Shown here in pieces: positions 1 through 10,700 of a stretch of DNA of 64,000 nucleotides. The stretch lies in the NCBI GenBank assembly GCA_964252035.1, contig OZ176201.1; one strand, 5' to 3'. The first letter of the stretch is position 1. Every line of letters starts with the position of its first letter. Source of the DNA: Podarcis erhardii (lineage: Eukaryota). Both the position numbers and the translations under genes were made by a program. The notes below the pieces were generated by a model. That model was given only the letters and a program-made list of their open reading frames with translations. It was not told the DNA's origin and did no database searches.

Positions 1-563
1 TGATTGCTGCTTCTTGCTTATATAATAATAATTATAGTTAATTGCTGGAGCTAGTTCCTTTTTTAGTTGCTTCCCTAAGGAGACACCTGTTCATACCCCA
101 GGAATTCTCAAACACACCTGAAGAGGGGTTGGGTTGATCACAGTATCTGATGCACATGGAGTCCTGACTTTGATCTACTTCATTGGTAACAGCCTTTCCC
201 ACTTTATTAAACAACAAAAATGCTATTCCTAAGCACCCTTAATCCCCCTCTTTAACCTCTCCTGTGAGTAGCCCTGCAGATTGGGGGCGGATGCGTTTTG
301 GGGGTGCAAAATCAAGTTGCAGTTGGGCCACTGTGATCCCAACTCCTCTCCCCACCCTGATCTTGTATGGCCTACTAACATCTCTTCCTCTATAAAAAAA
401 TGTGCAGTGCTTAAAGAGAATCAAAGGTAGGTCAATCCTGCCCAGGGCAGACCCACTCACAGGGCAAGTTACAGATAGGTAGCCGTGTTGGTCTGCCATG
501 GTCAAAACAAAATAAAAAAATTCCTTCCAGTAGCACCTTAAAGACCAACTGAGTTAGTTCTAG

Positions 564-601
564 GTATGAGCTTTCGTGTGCATGCACACTTCTTCAGATA
601 C
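564..601 (-). ncRNA. Minimal type-I hammerhead ribozyme motif (- copy, mirror of 609-646)
   Basis: Exact reverse complement of the + copy. Confidence 0.65.
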
Positions 602-608
602 ACATTGT

Positions 609-646
609 GTATCTGAAGAAGTGTGCATGCACACGAAAGCTCATAC
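609..646 (+). ncRNA. Minimal type-I hammerhead ribozyme motif (+ copy)
   Basis: Helix I GUAU(609-612)/AUAC(643-646); core CUGAAGA (613-619) + extra A; helix II GUGUG-CAUG-CACAC (621-634); GAAA (635-638); palindromic AGCU helix III; predicted cleavage after C642 (CUC). Confidence 0.65.
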
Positions 647-1614
647 CTAGAACTAACTCAGTTGGTCTTTAAGGTGCTACTGGAAGGAATTTTTTTATTT
701 TGTTTTCACAGGGCAAGGTGAGGCAACCCAGGTGGCAGGATCCGATCTTTATCCTCACTCCTTGTTCCTGATGTAGATCTTCATTCCTTCCCTGGTGGGA
801 AAAGGGGAGCCATGTTGTAGTTCACTTCAGGTGCCAAAATGACCTTGGCTGGCCCTGATCCTGCCTGTTGGGCCGCAGCACCCTGGAGTGGAATTCCCAC
901 TTCTCACAGACGGGTGGGACGCTTTTATTTTTATAAGAAATATAAAACTCTGCTGCTGTTAAATTACATCCCGTCCTCTTGTCAACTGCAAACCCCCTAA
1001 GTGACACCCGCCTCGTCGACTCTTTTCTCTGGGCAAGACAAGGAACGCAAGGGATCATTTTGCTTCACAGGAGACCCCACGGCGCCCAGGCACATCCCGC
1101 TCTCTGACTCCTGAGAAAACCGGCTCTATTTAAATTTAAATTAATTAATAACCCGCCCTTCCTCCCAAAGCAGCCCAGGGAGGCAGCTTGCTATCTCTCC
1201 AGCCTTTATCAGCCACGCTGTGTGGGCACCGCGTGGCGCGGGCAGCAAAAGGCGCTCGCTCCTCCTCCCCGGTTGCAATTAATGTAGGTGTTCATGAGTA
1301 GAACACAGTTTGCTATGCGTGCGTGGGCGCGTGCAGGTGTGCAGTTGCAGCGACAGGTTTGCAAGCCGCAGAAGCAGCGTGCTCCGGATCCGACGGTACA
1401 GCGCGAGCAGCAAACCCAGGCCTTTGCTTAAGCTCCGGACCGCGTTGCCCGTTACGTGGGACGCGAAGCCTCGCCTCTTTCGCGTCGGGTTTCAGGGGGA
1501 GGTGCCGCCGCCGCCGCCCTCCTCCTCCTCCTCCTCTTCGTCGTCCTCCCCCCTCCCTCCCCTGTTCCCATCACGTGTGCTCGGCGGTGGGAAGGAACTT
1601 GCTGAGTAGCGGCG

Positions 1615-1632
1615 GCAGCAGCAGCAGCAGCA
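1615..1632 (+). repeat. (GCA)6 in the 5' UTR, preceded by GCGGCG
   Basis: Direct reading; a (GCC)n(CCT)n run also lies at ~1504-1548. Confidence 0.9.
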
Positions 1633-1681
1633 TAGCATTGGCAGCCGGGCAAAGCAGCCGTGCAAGAGCCTGGCTGGTAAC

Positions 1682-1709
1682 ATGGAGGAGGACGAGGAGA
1701 GCGGATACG
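1682..1709 (+). CDS. CYTH1: CYTH1 exon 1a coding part (MEEDEESGY + 1 nt), phase-1 donor
   Basis: gtaacATGG strong Kozak inside the CpG island; donor ACG|GTGAGC; resembles the canonical MEEDDSY-V start; in frame with exon 2. Confidence 0.92.
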
Positions 1710-4700
1710 GTGAGCTGGCGAATGAATTAGATGCATCCAAGGAGACGGGAAGGAACATCTTTGGCTGGGCCAAGGTGGGGGGGGGGCGCTCAGGGAAGGA
1801 GCCTTAATCTTGCGACTAGTTAGCAGGGGGGAGTGGCCCTTGCATGTTCAGCGAACTGTCCTTGGCTTAAAGCCGGGAGTGTGCAATTGCTGCCCCACCA
1901 CCACCATCCCGACACAAACACATTCGGATTTGGGAAGGAGTCTCTCTTTGCATCCTTCCTCCTCTTAGCAAGGGAGGATGAACGGGATTTGGGAGCTGTG
2001 TGGCCGGTTGTCCTGAGGGGGGTCCTGCCTGAGTGGATTCTGAGGGTCCGCTAGTAAATCCCGAGGAGAGATCGGCTCCTGAGCATAGGAAGTCGAGATT
2101 GTGCAATGCCGTGGTGCGGTGCGGGGTGAGGTGCCATTGGTTGAGGGTGGGGTCACACAGGGTGCTCTCTTGGGTATCTCGGTGGGTGGGTAGGGCTACC
2201 TTTTTCCTTAATCCCCCCCTATGGAGGAGGGCAGCTGCCCTTCCCGTGGGGGAGAAGAAGGGAAGCTTCTGGCCAGCTGCTCCAGCCCGTGGTCGCAGGG
2301 CGAGGACAGCTGTTCATTACAATGGGGTGCGCGGAGAAATGAGCTTGGAGTCGGTGGCGGGGGGTTTGGGGGGAACAGGCGTGAGGCCGCCTTTGGGGGG
2401 GGGGAGGTAAATGTGGCCGGACTCCAAAAAGAAGTATTTACAGGGAAGGGTCAGGGGTGGCTCCCCTTGCGCTGAGCACTGCGGTGAGGGTTAACGAGAG
2501 ACAGCTGGGCCGTGTGTGTTGGTGGGGGGAACTTCGTGCCGGCATTTATCCTCTAGGCTGGGCAGGAAAGCGTAAACTGCCTCTCGGAGAAGGGAAGGAG
2601 GGTTGTGGGGGTGACTTCAGGGTAGCAACAGCTGCATGAGCAGCAGATGCTTCCCCTTTCTGCCTGGCTCCTTCGCTCTCCTTCCCAGGGAAGAGGGAGA
2701 ACGTGGCTCTTTCTGAGGCAGAGTTCAGCTGTCACATTTGTGCCTCTTCTCTCAGTTGCTCTCTCTCTCTCTCTCACACACACACACGGGGTGGGGTTGC
2801 TTTTTGGGGCCTGGACTGATGTCTCTGATCTGTGTGTCCAACTGTCATTTCCAAGTGTCATTTCTGGCCAGTGCAGATCACCTTCTAAAAAGGTGGCAGG
2901 AGCCAGTGGCGTAGCGTGGGGGGTGCAGGGGGGGCCGGCCGCACCGGGCGCAACATCTGGGGTTAGGGCAAATCCACGGGTTAGGGGGCGCAAATCCACG
3001 GGTTAGGGGGCGCAAATCCACGGGTTAGGGGGCGCAAATTACTTGCCTTGCCCCGGGTGCTGACAACCCACGCTACGCCACTGGCAGGAGCCCCGGAGAT
3101 GGCCTAGTGGCGAAGGACTGGATGACTGGCCCTGCCAGGCATGTCGCCTCATGTGACTTGTGGGAGGCCCTCGGACAGGCCCTGATCTTACCCAAACCTT
3201 AAATTACAGTGCTAGGTATAAGTATTCTGCAGAAGTGGTGGGAGTGAGTGCACTGCTCGCAAAATGTCATTGTTGGGGCGGGGGTGAGCGATGGTGGTGC
3301 CCTTCATAACCCCAGTGGCCACTGACTGGAATTGATATATCCCGAACTGGGGACAGCAGACTTGGGCTTGGAGGATTTGAGGTTCACACACAGGCCTGTC
3401 TTGCGTAAGAGGTGGGGCAGGCTGGTTTCCTGAAAGAACCCACATTTAGAAGGAACTGGAACAAATTTAGAAATGCTGCAACAAGCCAGGCAATAACACA
3501 GCTAAAACTTCCTAAGCACCTGTCTTCAGAGAAGCTGCCCTCAAAATAAGCAGACAAGATTTGCTGTCATTTGTAGCCCAAATCACTTCGTCTGGTGCGC
3601 AGGCTGCCGAGGTGCTAGCCTTTCTTGTTCCAAATTGAGGTGATGTTTCTGCCCTTGGAAAAAGGAAAGAAATGTACATTCAATATACTGATGTAGGATA
3701 TGTGTTGTCAAAATTGTTTGACTGATTGAGCAGGGCTGTCCCATGTCGTTTTGCTTCATGAGGTAAGAACGACAGAGTGGTGGCCCCCTCATTCCACACA
3801 GAAGGGCCAACAGGATCAGAAGCTGAATATTACTTCAACAGTGACAATGGGGCAGTGTCCTCCACCTCACCTGAAGGTGGCAGGATCACTTAGGCGGCAC
3901 AAGGTCCTTTTTGCTGCTTTCTGCCCCTAGCATTTGCCACTTAAGGCAGCCACCTCACTCTGCCTAATGGTAGGGCCGGTCCATGTAAAACTGAACTGTG
4001 GAGGTCACTCCTTGTGCTGGAAATGCCACTTTGGCTCGCAAGTAAGCTATGAGACACTCCACTTCAAAGAGTCTTTGGTACTTTGCTTATTCAGCTTTCT
4101 GTGTATGACACTGCAATGGAGGGAGTCTCCCAGTGTGATCTCCCCCGAATCCACTCCAATTCCTTTAACACTGGGAACTTCTCTGCAGTGTTGTTGCACC
4201 AGGAGAACGAATTAATATGTATGACCCAGTTATGGGTGACTGGCTGACTTAGAGGCTTCCCCAGCAGAGCTGTGAGCTCAAATCTGTGTCTTAGCAGCTG
4301 TGGCATGCTGGGGCAGTAGAGGCTTGCTTGATTTATTCCTCCTCTTGCGTGGCATACCCTGTCATGCAAATGGCACCCTGGGCTTCCTTTATCCAGTGTG
4401 CTGACGCTGGGACCTCTGGGGCCAGATGCCCTTTGATGTGCCTGTGCTGCTGAGTCCTGTATGTGGATTTGGCGAACAAATTAGCTTTGAACCTCGGGTG
4501 GCTTTTGAGCAGGGCGACATGGATGCAGCATCTCCATTAATCACAGAGACCCAGGCTGAAGCTGTAGGTGATGCCCGGGAGGCAGGCGGTTCTCTCAAGC
4601 AGCAGGCACACATGTCCCTGCCACCAGCGGGCTTGTCCCCGATTTGCCTAGTACATGAATATTCCAGCTGTGCTGCTCACTTCTTGCTATGATCCCAAAG

Positions 4701-7700
4701 ACGGTGTCTGGGGAAAGTGGAGCGGTGCTTAAACGATGTATGCATGCAGCTGCTTTCTCATCTAGCCTGTACTGTGAGCGATGGATTAGATTTACAGGGG
4801 TAATCTCCCTTTCAGGCAAGTGGCAGCCTGCCCAGTTCTGCTCATCATGGTTCTCAGCCCTGTGCGTCTCCAACCTGGGTAGCACTGCCCAGTCACATGG
4901 AGGGGTCCTCCTGCCTGTTCATCAGCAGAGGTGACTTAGGGACAGCAGCAGTTCCAGGGACTGATGCTTTCTCCTTCCTCCCCTCAACCCCCAGGCTGAG
5001 CTGAAGGGTGGAGGCTCTGAGGCTGAGCTCTGCTGTGGTTGCCACTGACAGCTGGGTATATTTGAGCTCCTTGTTTTCACAGGTTATCATGTGCTTGCTG
5101 TAAAAATGGGATTATGGCTCAGGTTGTGATTATGGCTTCTCTACAATAACGTTAACAAGGGCTGTTGAATACTTATTGTATGCACGCATCATTTTTTAAT
5201 TTTTTGCTGCCATGTGCCGGCGAGGGGCTGCTTCTAGCCAGACTGCGATTTGATTCAATCCTAATGTATTTTCCTTTACAGTGTGGAGGGAAATGTGTTC
5301 TTGGGCATGGGGGGCTAGTTTGTAACCTGGTGCAGGTCAGAACATTCGTTCTCTGAGACCTCAGTATATTGCATCACTCACACCTAGAGGACAGTTGGTG
5401 AGCAGTGGAGAGGAGTTGGTCTTGGTACTCTTTCTAGGTTTGTGGAGAAGAAATGTCTTTCTTCCCTGTTCACTTTGGCGATTGCTTACATCTGAGAAAA
5501 TGTAGATTTGTGTGTAGCCTGGGTGGAGAGAAGGGGTTCCGTGCAGAGCATGCTGCCGTTTTGGAAACTCAAAACAAGCCTGCTGTGTCTCATCTTAGTG
5601 CACTTGTAGGACAGTCGCTTCTGAAATCAGCAGCTGGCTCTCCTCTGCTGGCCCGCTTGTTTACAGGGCAGCTAAATTTATCCATATTTGCATGGGAGTT
5701 GCCAGGTTGCTCCAGCCAAAAAGGAAGCGAGGCTACCCTTGCAAATGTATGCAACTCGCGTAATGACAAGAATTTTCCCCCAGAAAGCTTTCGTGGGACA
5801 TCTCTGAATCTACAGGGCTCTCACTGAACATTCTCATTGATCCTATCCATGAGCTTTCAGGACACGCTGAATGGAAAATAGCCTAGCTGTGCTGGGAGCT
5901 GGAGCACACGAGGCCACTCTGATGGGCCCAATGCAGACAGCAGGCTCTGAAACAGTTAACAAATTCCTCTGCCCTCTCCTAACTTATGTCAACTTGACAA
6001 CACAGAGAAAGAAAGAGGCAGCTGTGTGTGTACTCATGCAGTGAACACCACATCCTCTGTCGCACATCTTTCCTCCTAGTTGGGTGGTTGCTCCACTTCT
6101 TTGTTCCTCTTCTTGGGTGTCACGCAAGCTCAACTCATCCCTCCCTCCCTGTTTGCCCTTCCTTCAGTGTGGCTTGCCCACGACTCACCTTATTTTGCCC
6201 TTGCTGCCCTTCTCTCCCCTGTCCATGGAGGTTTTTCATAACCCAGGGAAGGGCTAGGCAGCTGCAGGGTTCATCCAGCTGTGCACAGCACACGCGCGCG
6301 CACACACGAAACCTTTAAAGCTCCACCTCATTGTTGTCTTTTATCACCTAGTTTCCTGCGCTTGGCCATTTTGCTCCATCGGTGCAGACTTTTGCCCTCT
6401 AGTCTAGGCTGCCTGCTTTGCCAGAATGTAAGCATGCAAGCCTTTTGCACCCTGCTTTTTGTGGTTTGCATTCAGTGGGCATTTCCTTGCCTGCTGGCTT
6501 GGTAATAAAATCTCCAGGCCTTAGACACACAAACAGGGCAGGAGATGGTATCGTGTTTCATCCATTTGCTGCAGGACCCTATATCCTTTTGGGGCAGCTG
6601 TCCCCTGACACATAGCAGCTGCCCACCAAAAATGCAGGTTCAGGGATGCAAGTGTCCCATTCAGTGTGTGCTAGTAGTTTAATGTCGAAGTACCTCTGTA
6701 GGGCAATAAGACTGCAATGGGGGGTGGCTGTGCAGCCTTTACAAATGGCTCAGGGCTCCATCAGTAGTTTCTCAAATTCTCAGACTGTCGCTACGCATTT
6801 CCCTTGGAGCTGCGTAGGAAGACAGGCAGCTTGCGGTTGCCCAGTGCTTATAACCTTGTTGCCATAGGTATGTTGCCCTTGCCAACAAGGAAATAACATC
6901 TGCACACTTCCCTTTGCATTCTGGAGCCCGGTTTCCTTTGAAAGAGCCTACTTTTTAAAGGCTCGTTAATATCGAGGGAGCTTGAAATGATGCTTTAGAG
7001 CCAGCAGGTGGTGCTCAAGTCTCCCGACTGGACACTGCTATCCCACTGAATCCCAACACTGAGCACTTCCAGTAATCCCCTGTGGTTTTAACCTGTGGGG
7101 GGCAGGGGCGGTATTGTTTTCATGATGCCCTATGATTAATCGGAAGCAGCTCTGAAGATCAGCGTGTTTATTCTCTGGCTTTTATTAAGCAAAATGCTTT
7201 GAGAATGCATCTGCTCTGAGAACAGAGAGGTGAATTGGTCCTCTTGTGAGAGAGATGCCCAGCACACACTGTGGGATTTTGGGGAGGAGGCGCTCGCTTG
7301 TGATATGGCAGCTGGCGATCCTTGAATTCTGCTTGGCCCAAACAAAGATGGTATAAGTAGAACCAGGAGCACCAAACCAGGTGACATGGGTACTTGGGCC
7401 TCAGGAACCTCACTGCTGTGTGCTGTCTGCGGTGTACAGGTAAAAAGTTATCACATGGTTTGACTGCCTCTTTCATCTAGTTCACTTGCATTCTTGTATT
7501 CTGATTGGCTGTGTGAGGGGGACAGGTGGCTGTTGCAGAATTTAAATGCTTTTGGCTGGCAGGAGGGGCATGCATCGTGTTAACAGGGAAACAGGTTTCT
7601 TAGGAGAGTGGATAGGGAGCTGGGTTAAGTACCCACAGATCTTTTGGTCACATGACTGGAGGCATCTTTTCATTCACCTCTTGTCTTGCTGGAGCTACCA

Positions 7701-10700
7701 GCACACTTCCCAAAGGCATTTGATGCTCAGAAAGGATAGGAACTTGATTTTTTGCTTTTAAATGAATAAATACAAAACTTGCGGTTGCCAGTGATTTGTG
7801 TTAAGATAATAATTAAAAACAACAACACCCAGGCTGATCATGTGGTGCATTTGCACTCTCTGTCTGCGCAAGAGGCCTGCTGTGGTGGAGCAATCATTTC
7901 TCTCTCTCTTTAGCAACGTTGTGGATACCCAGATCTGTATGAAAAGTGATTGCTCAGTGAAGTGATGGTGTTGTGGATACAAGCTGCTGTGGAACAAAGT
8001 TAGTTTGCTTGGTCAGCGCATTCACTGCGGAACTTGCTCTAGAAGTGAAACAGATGTGTCTGTCCTTTGCTCTCATGCTGTGGGGGGGGGGGGGCAGGGG
8101 TGCTGGTGGAATGTTGCTGAGGGTGCAGCTTCTCTCTTGGTTCGCATCATGGCAGAGACCCTGAATGATCAAAACGGCATTGTGCTGTGTTCGACAAGCA
8201 GATGCTTGGCCAGACATAGACAAAGGGAAATGCGCAGGTTCCAAATAACGGGCTCGTTTGGGGTGGCTTCAGGCTTCCCATCCCTTCCCAGGAGTCTCCT
8301 ATTTCCTCCCATGTTTTGGCTTATTTCTGTGATTTCAGGACAGTGTTGCTAGCCTTGCGTATTCCTCACTCTTTTCGGAAGCTCCTGTTCTTCCTATCCA
8401 CCCATTGAGTTGTACTGCTGAGGTATTGGGAAAGACGCAAACGTTTACGCAAGGCTAGGAAGCTTCTTCACTAAAACAACATCAAAACAAAAGGACGGGA
8501 ATCTGTCTTCATTGTTTTAAAGAACTTGTTTCCAGTTCTTGTTTTTGTGGAGAAAAAGTGAATTCCAAAGGCTGAATACCCACAATGTTCATTGGGTGGG
8601 GAGGCTGAGAGGAGAGTCTTCCTAGAGATATGGATTTTTACAGTTCTGCCTTTTCCTTCTTCAGGGGTCCTAGAGTGTCCCTGCCCCTGCTCTCCCCTTC
8701 TCCCCACCACACACATTGAACTGTACCCCAGAAACCTTTCCTTTCTCCTTTCTTCCATCACCCCAGCCTGCCAATGATGTTTTCCTCCAGGAATCCAGAT
8801 TTTAGTAAATGAAGCAAATTGGAAAATAAAATGGAAGTTGATGTGAAATGCATTCTCATTGCAAAACATGACTTCTGCATTTGCTAAAATCTCTGCTGTT
8901 ATGTGTGATCAGGGCACATTTGCCTTTATTCCCCCCCCCCCCCGTCTTCCCCCTAGCTTTGAGACCTGGGTAGACTTGACTTGTGCAAAGGTCCAGACAG
9001 GTCAGAAAAAAGAAATCCCACGTTTGCAATGTCTATGCTTTCTAGCTTTTCACTGCCTAGCTTTTCTGTGTGTGTATATTTCCCCCAGGCAGGTGGGTCT
9101 GGGTGCCTGAGCTTCCTGTCCCAGCCTAGAGCAGATTGGCTGTGGCACTAATCGTACTGCATGAAGGATTACCGGCCACCAGGATTAAAGGATTTCTGTA
9201 AAAAGAGCTGAGGAGGAATGGGGGATGGGCTGCTGCAAGAGCTGGGAGGGCATACATGACTGGCTGATGGGGAAAGGAGTGAGGTTGGAAGGTCTTTGGC
9301 TGAGGAACCAAGGTACCGTATTTTTTGCTCTATAAGACTCACTTTTTCCCTCCTAAAAAGTAAGGGGAAATGTGTGTGCATCTTACGGAGCGAATGCAGG
9401 CTGCGCAGCTATCACAGAAGCCAGAACAGCAAGAAGGATTGCTATTTTCACTGTGCAGCGATCCCTCTTGCTGTTCTGGCTTCTGAGATTCAAAAAATTT
9501 TTTTTCTTGTTTTCCTCCTCCAAAAACTAGGTGCGTCTTGTGGTCTGGTGCGTCTTATAGAGCAAAAAATACGGTACTTGTAGGCCACAGGGGAAATGCA
9601 TGGCTACTGCTCTCTAGAGATGGAGAAGTCCACTAGTGACCTAACCCAGGGCAGTCCAACCTCTTAGACCAAGCGGAACGCAGGAGTACTTCAACACAGA
9701 ACCTGGGGGCCGCACAATGAATTAAATTTCCATATTGTTAATTAAAGCATTTGTAATATGGCCAATGCGATTTAATATACACAAATAATATATTTTAAGG
9801 GTGAGCACTCCTAAACATAATGAGACCAGCTCCCAAGTAAGTATGCATTGAATCAGGGCAGGTTGCTAGGCTGTGATCAGTAGGACAGGGTTTCGACTCC
9901 ATGCAAGCTGACCTGGGATAAAGCCCTGCTCAGGTCAAAATGCAGTGCAAGCCTAATGCGTGCCTATTCACAAGTAAATGCTGTTAATTTCATTGAGACA
10001 TACTCCCAGGTAAATGCAGACTGCACAGGGCTGCCGCCTTAAAAAATATACATGGAGGTATTCAGCTGTCTTAATACCACTGCAGGGGAAATAACCTCTC
10101 TCACATTAATGCGTTGTTATTGCTATAATTTTGTTGTTGTTGCTTATATCCTGGGCAAAGTTAGAGGGGAGGAGGGGGGTGGCTGGCCTGTATGGCCTTG
10201 CAGAGGCTGAGGGCGACACAAGAAGTGCCTTTGCTGTTTCTGCGTGCCCCTCACAGCAGCAATGACAAAGCCGGCTACTCGAGCCACACTAAGAAGCACT
10301 GAATGTTTTCAAGGGCTGCATGTTGGACCACCTTGATCTACCCCTTGCATGAACCAAGGACAGCTTTTACGCTTCAAGCAGCAGGCATTGAGCTTCCCAG
10401 TGGGTGCTTCTCCCGTTTTTAATTATGCCCCCACCCCACCTCTGAAACTGGAACTGAGCTTAGGGAGCGGAGTGAGTGTGCATGCACAAGGTGGAAAAAG
10501 AGCGTTTGCAGTATCAGCAGGCCTGGGAGGGGTTGCACACCCGTCCCTCCCACCGCCTTTTTTCTCTCTTGCAAGCCCCTTATCCCCACCTCCACATTCA
10601 GGTTATCTCTCCGAAAGTGGCTTTGGGAATGTGTGTTTGCTGAGATTAACCCCAGTGTAGTTTTCTCATTTTAAATGTCGAGAATGATGCCCCACAAGCC

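Larger units (their letters stand above)
469..706. mobile_element. Penelope-type terminal-repeat insertion forming a perfect palindrome (arms 504-604 and 606-706)
   Basis: Flanked by direct repeat CACAGGGCAAG (458-468, 707-717; 12 bp if the preceding T is counted); 101-bp arms are exact reverse complements around 605. The gtagcaccttaaagaccaac...ctgaagaagtg...gaaagctcatacc sequence resembles reptile Penelope-like element ends as I recall them. Confidence 0.75.
1000..2580. promoter_or_regulatory. CpG island / main CYTH1 promoter and 5' UTR
   Basis: High density of CG dinucleotides and GC content around exon 1a; GCC/CCT runs; E-box CACGTG at ~1572; no upstream ATG between 1500 and 1681. Confidence 0.85.

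Noticed and set aside
239-505. 88-aa minus-strand ORF
   Set aside because: Starts inside the Penelope-type insertion and crosses its TSD; no recognisable protein motif.
1310-1773. Overlapping poly-Pro/Ser/Ala/Glu ORFs on both strands
   Set aside because: By-products of GC-rich triplet repeats in the CpG island; no domain similarity.
2221-2475. ORF starting MEEGSC..., resembling the CYTH1 start
   Set aside because: Weak Kozak (C at -3); the only strong donor (GAG|GTAAAT, 2407) is phase 0 and incompatible with exon 2; the phase-1 GT (C|GTGGGG) is very weak.
2959-3040. Regular 22-bp repeat array, superficially CRISPR-like
   Set aside because: No unique spacers, eukaryotic context, lies inside a TIR/TSD-bounded MITE.
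9169-9583. Two opposite-strand ORFs sharing LIEQKIRYL
   Set aside because: Explained by the MITE terminal inverted repeats.
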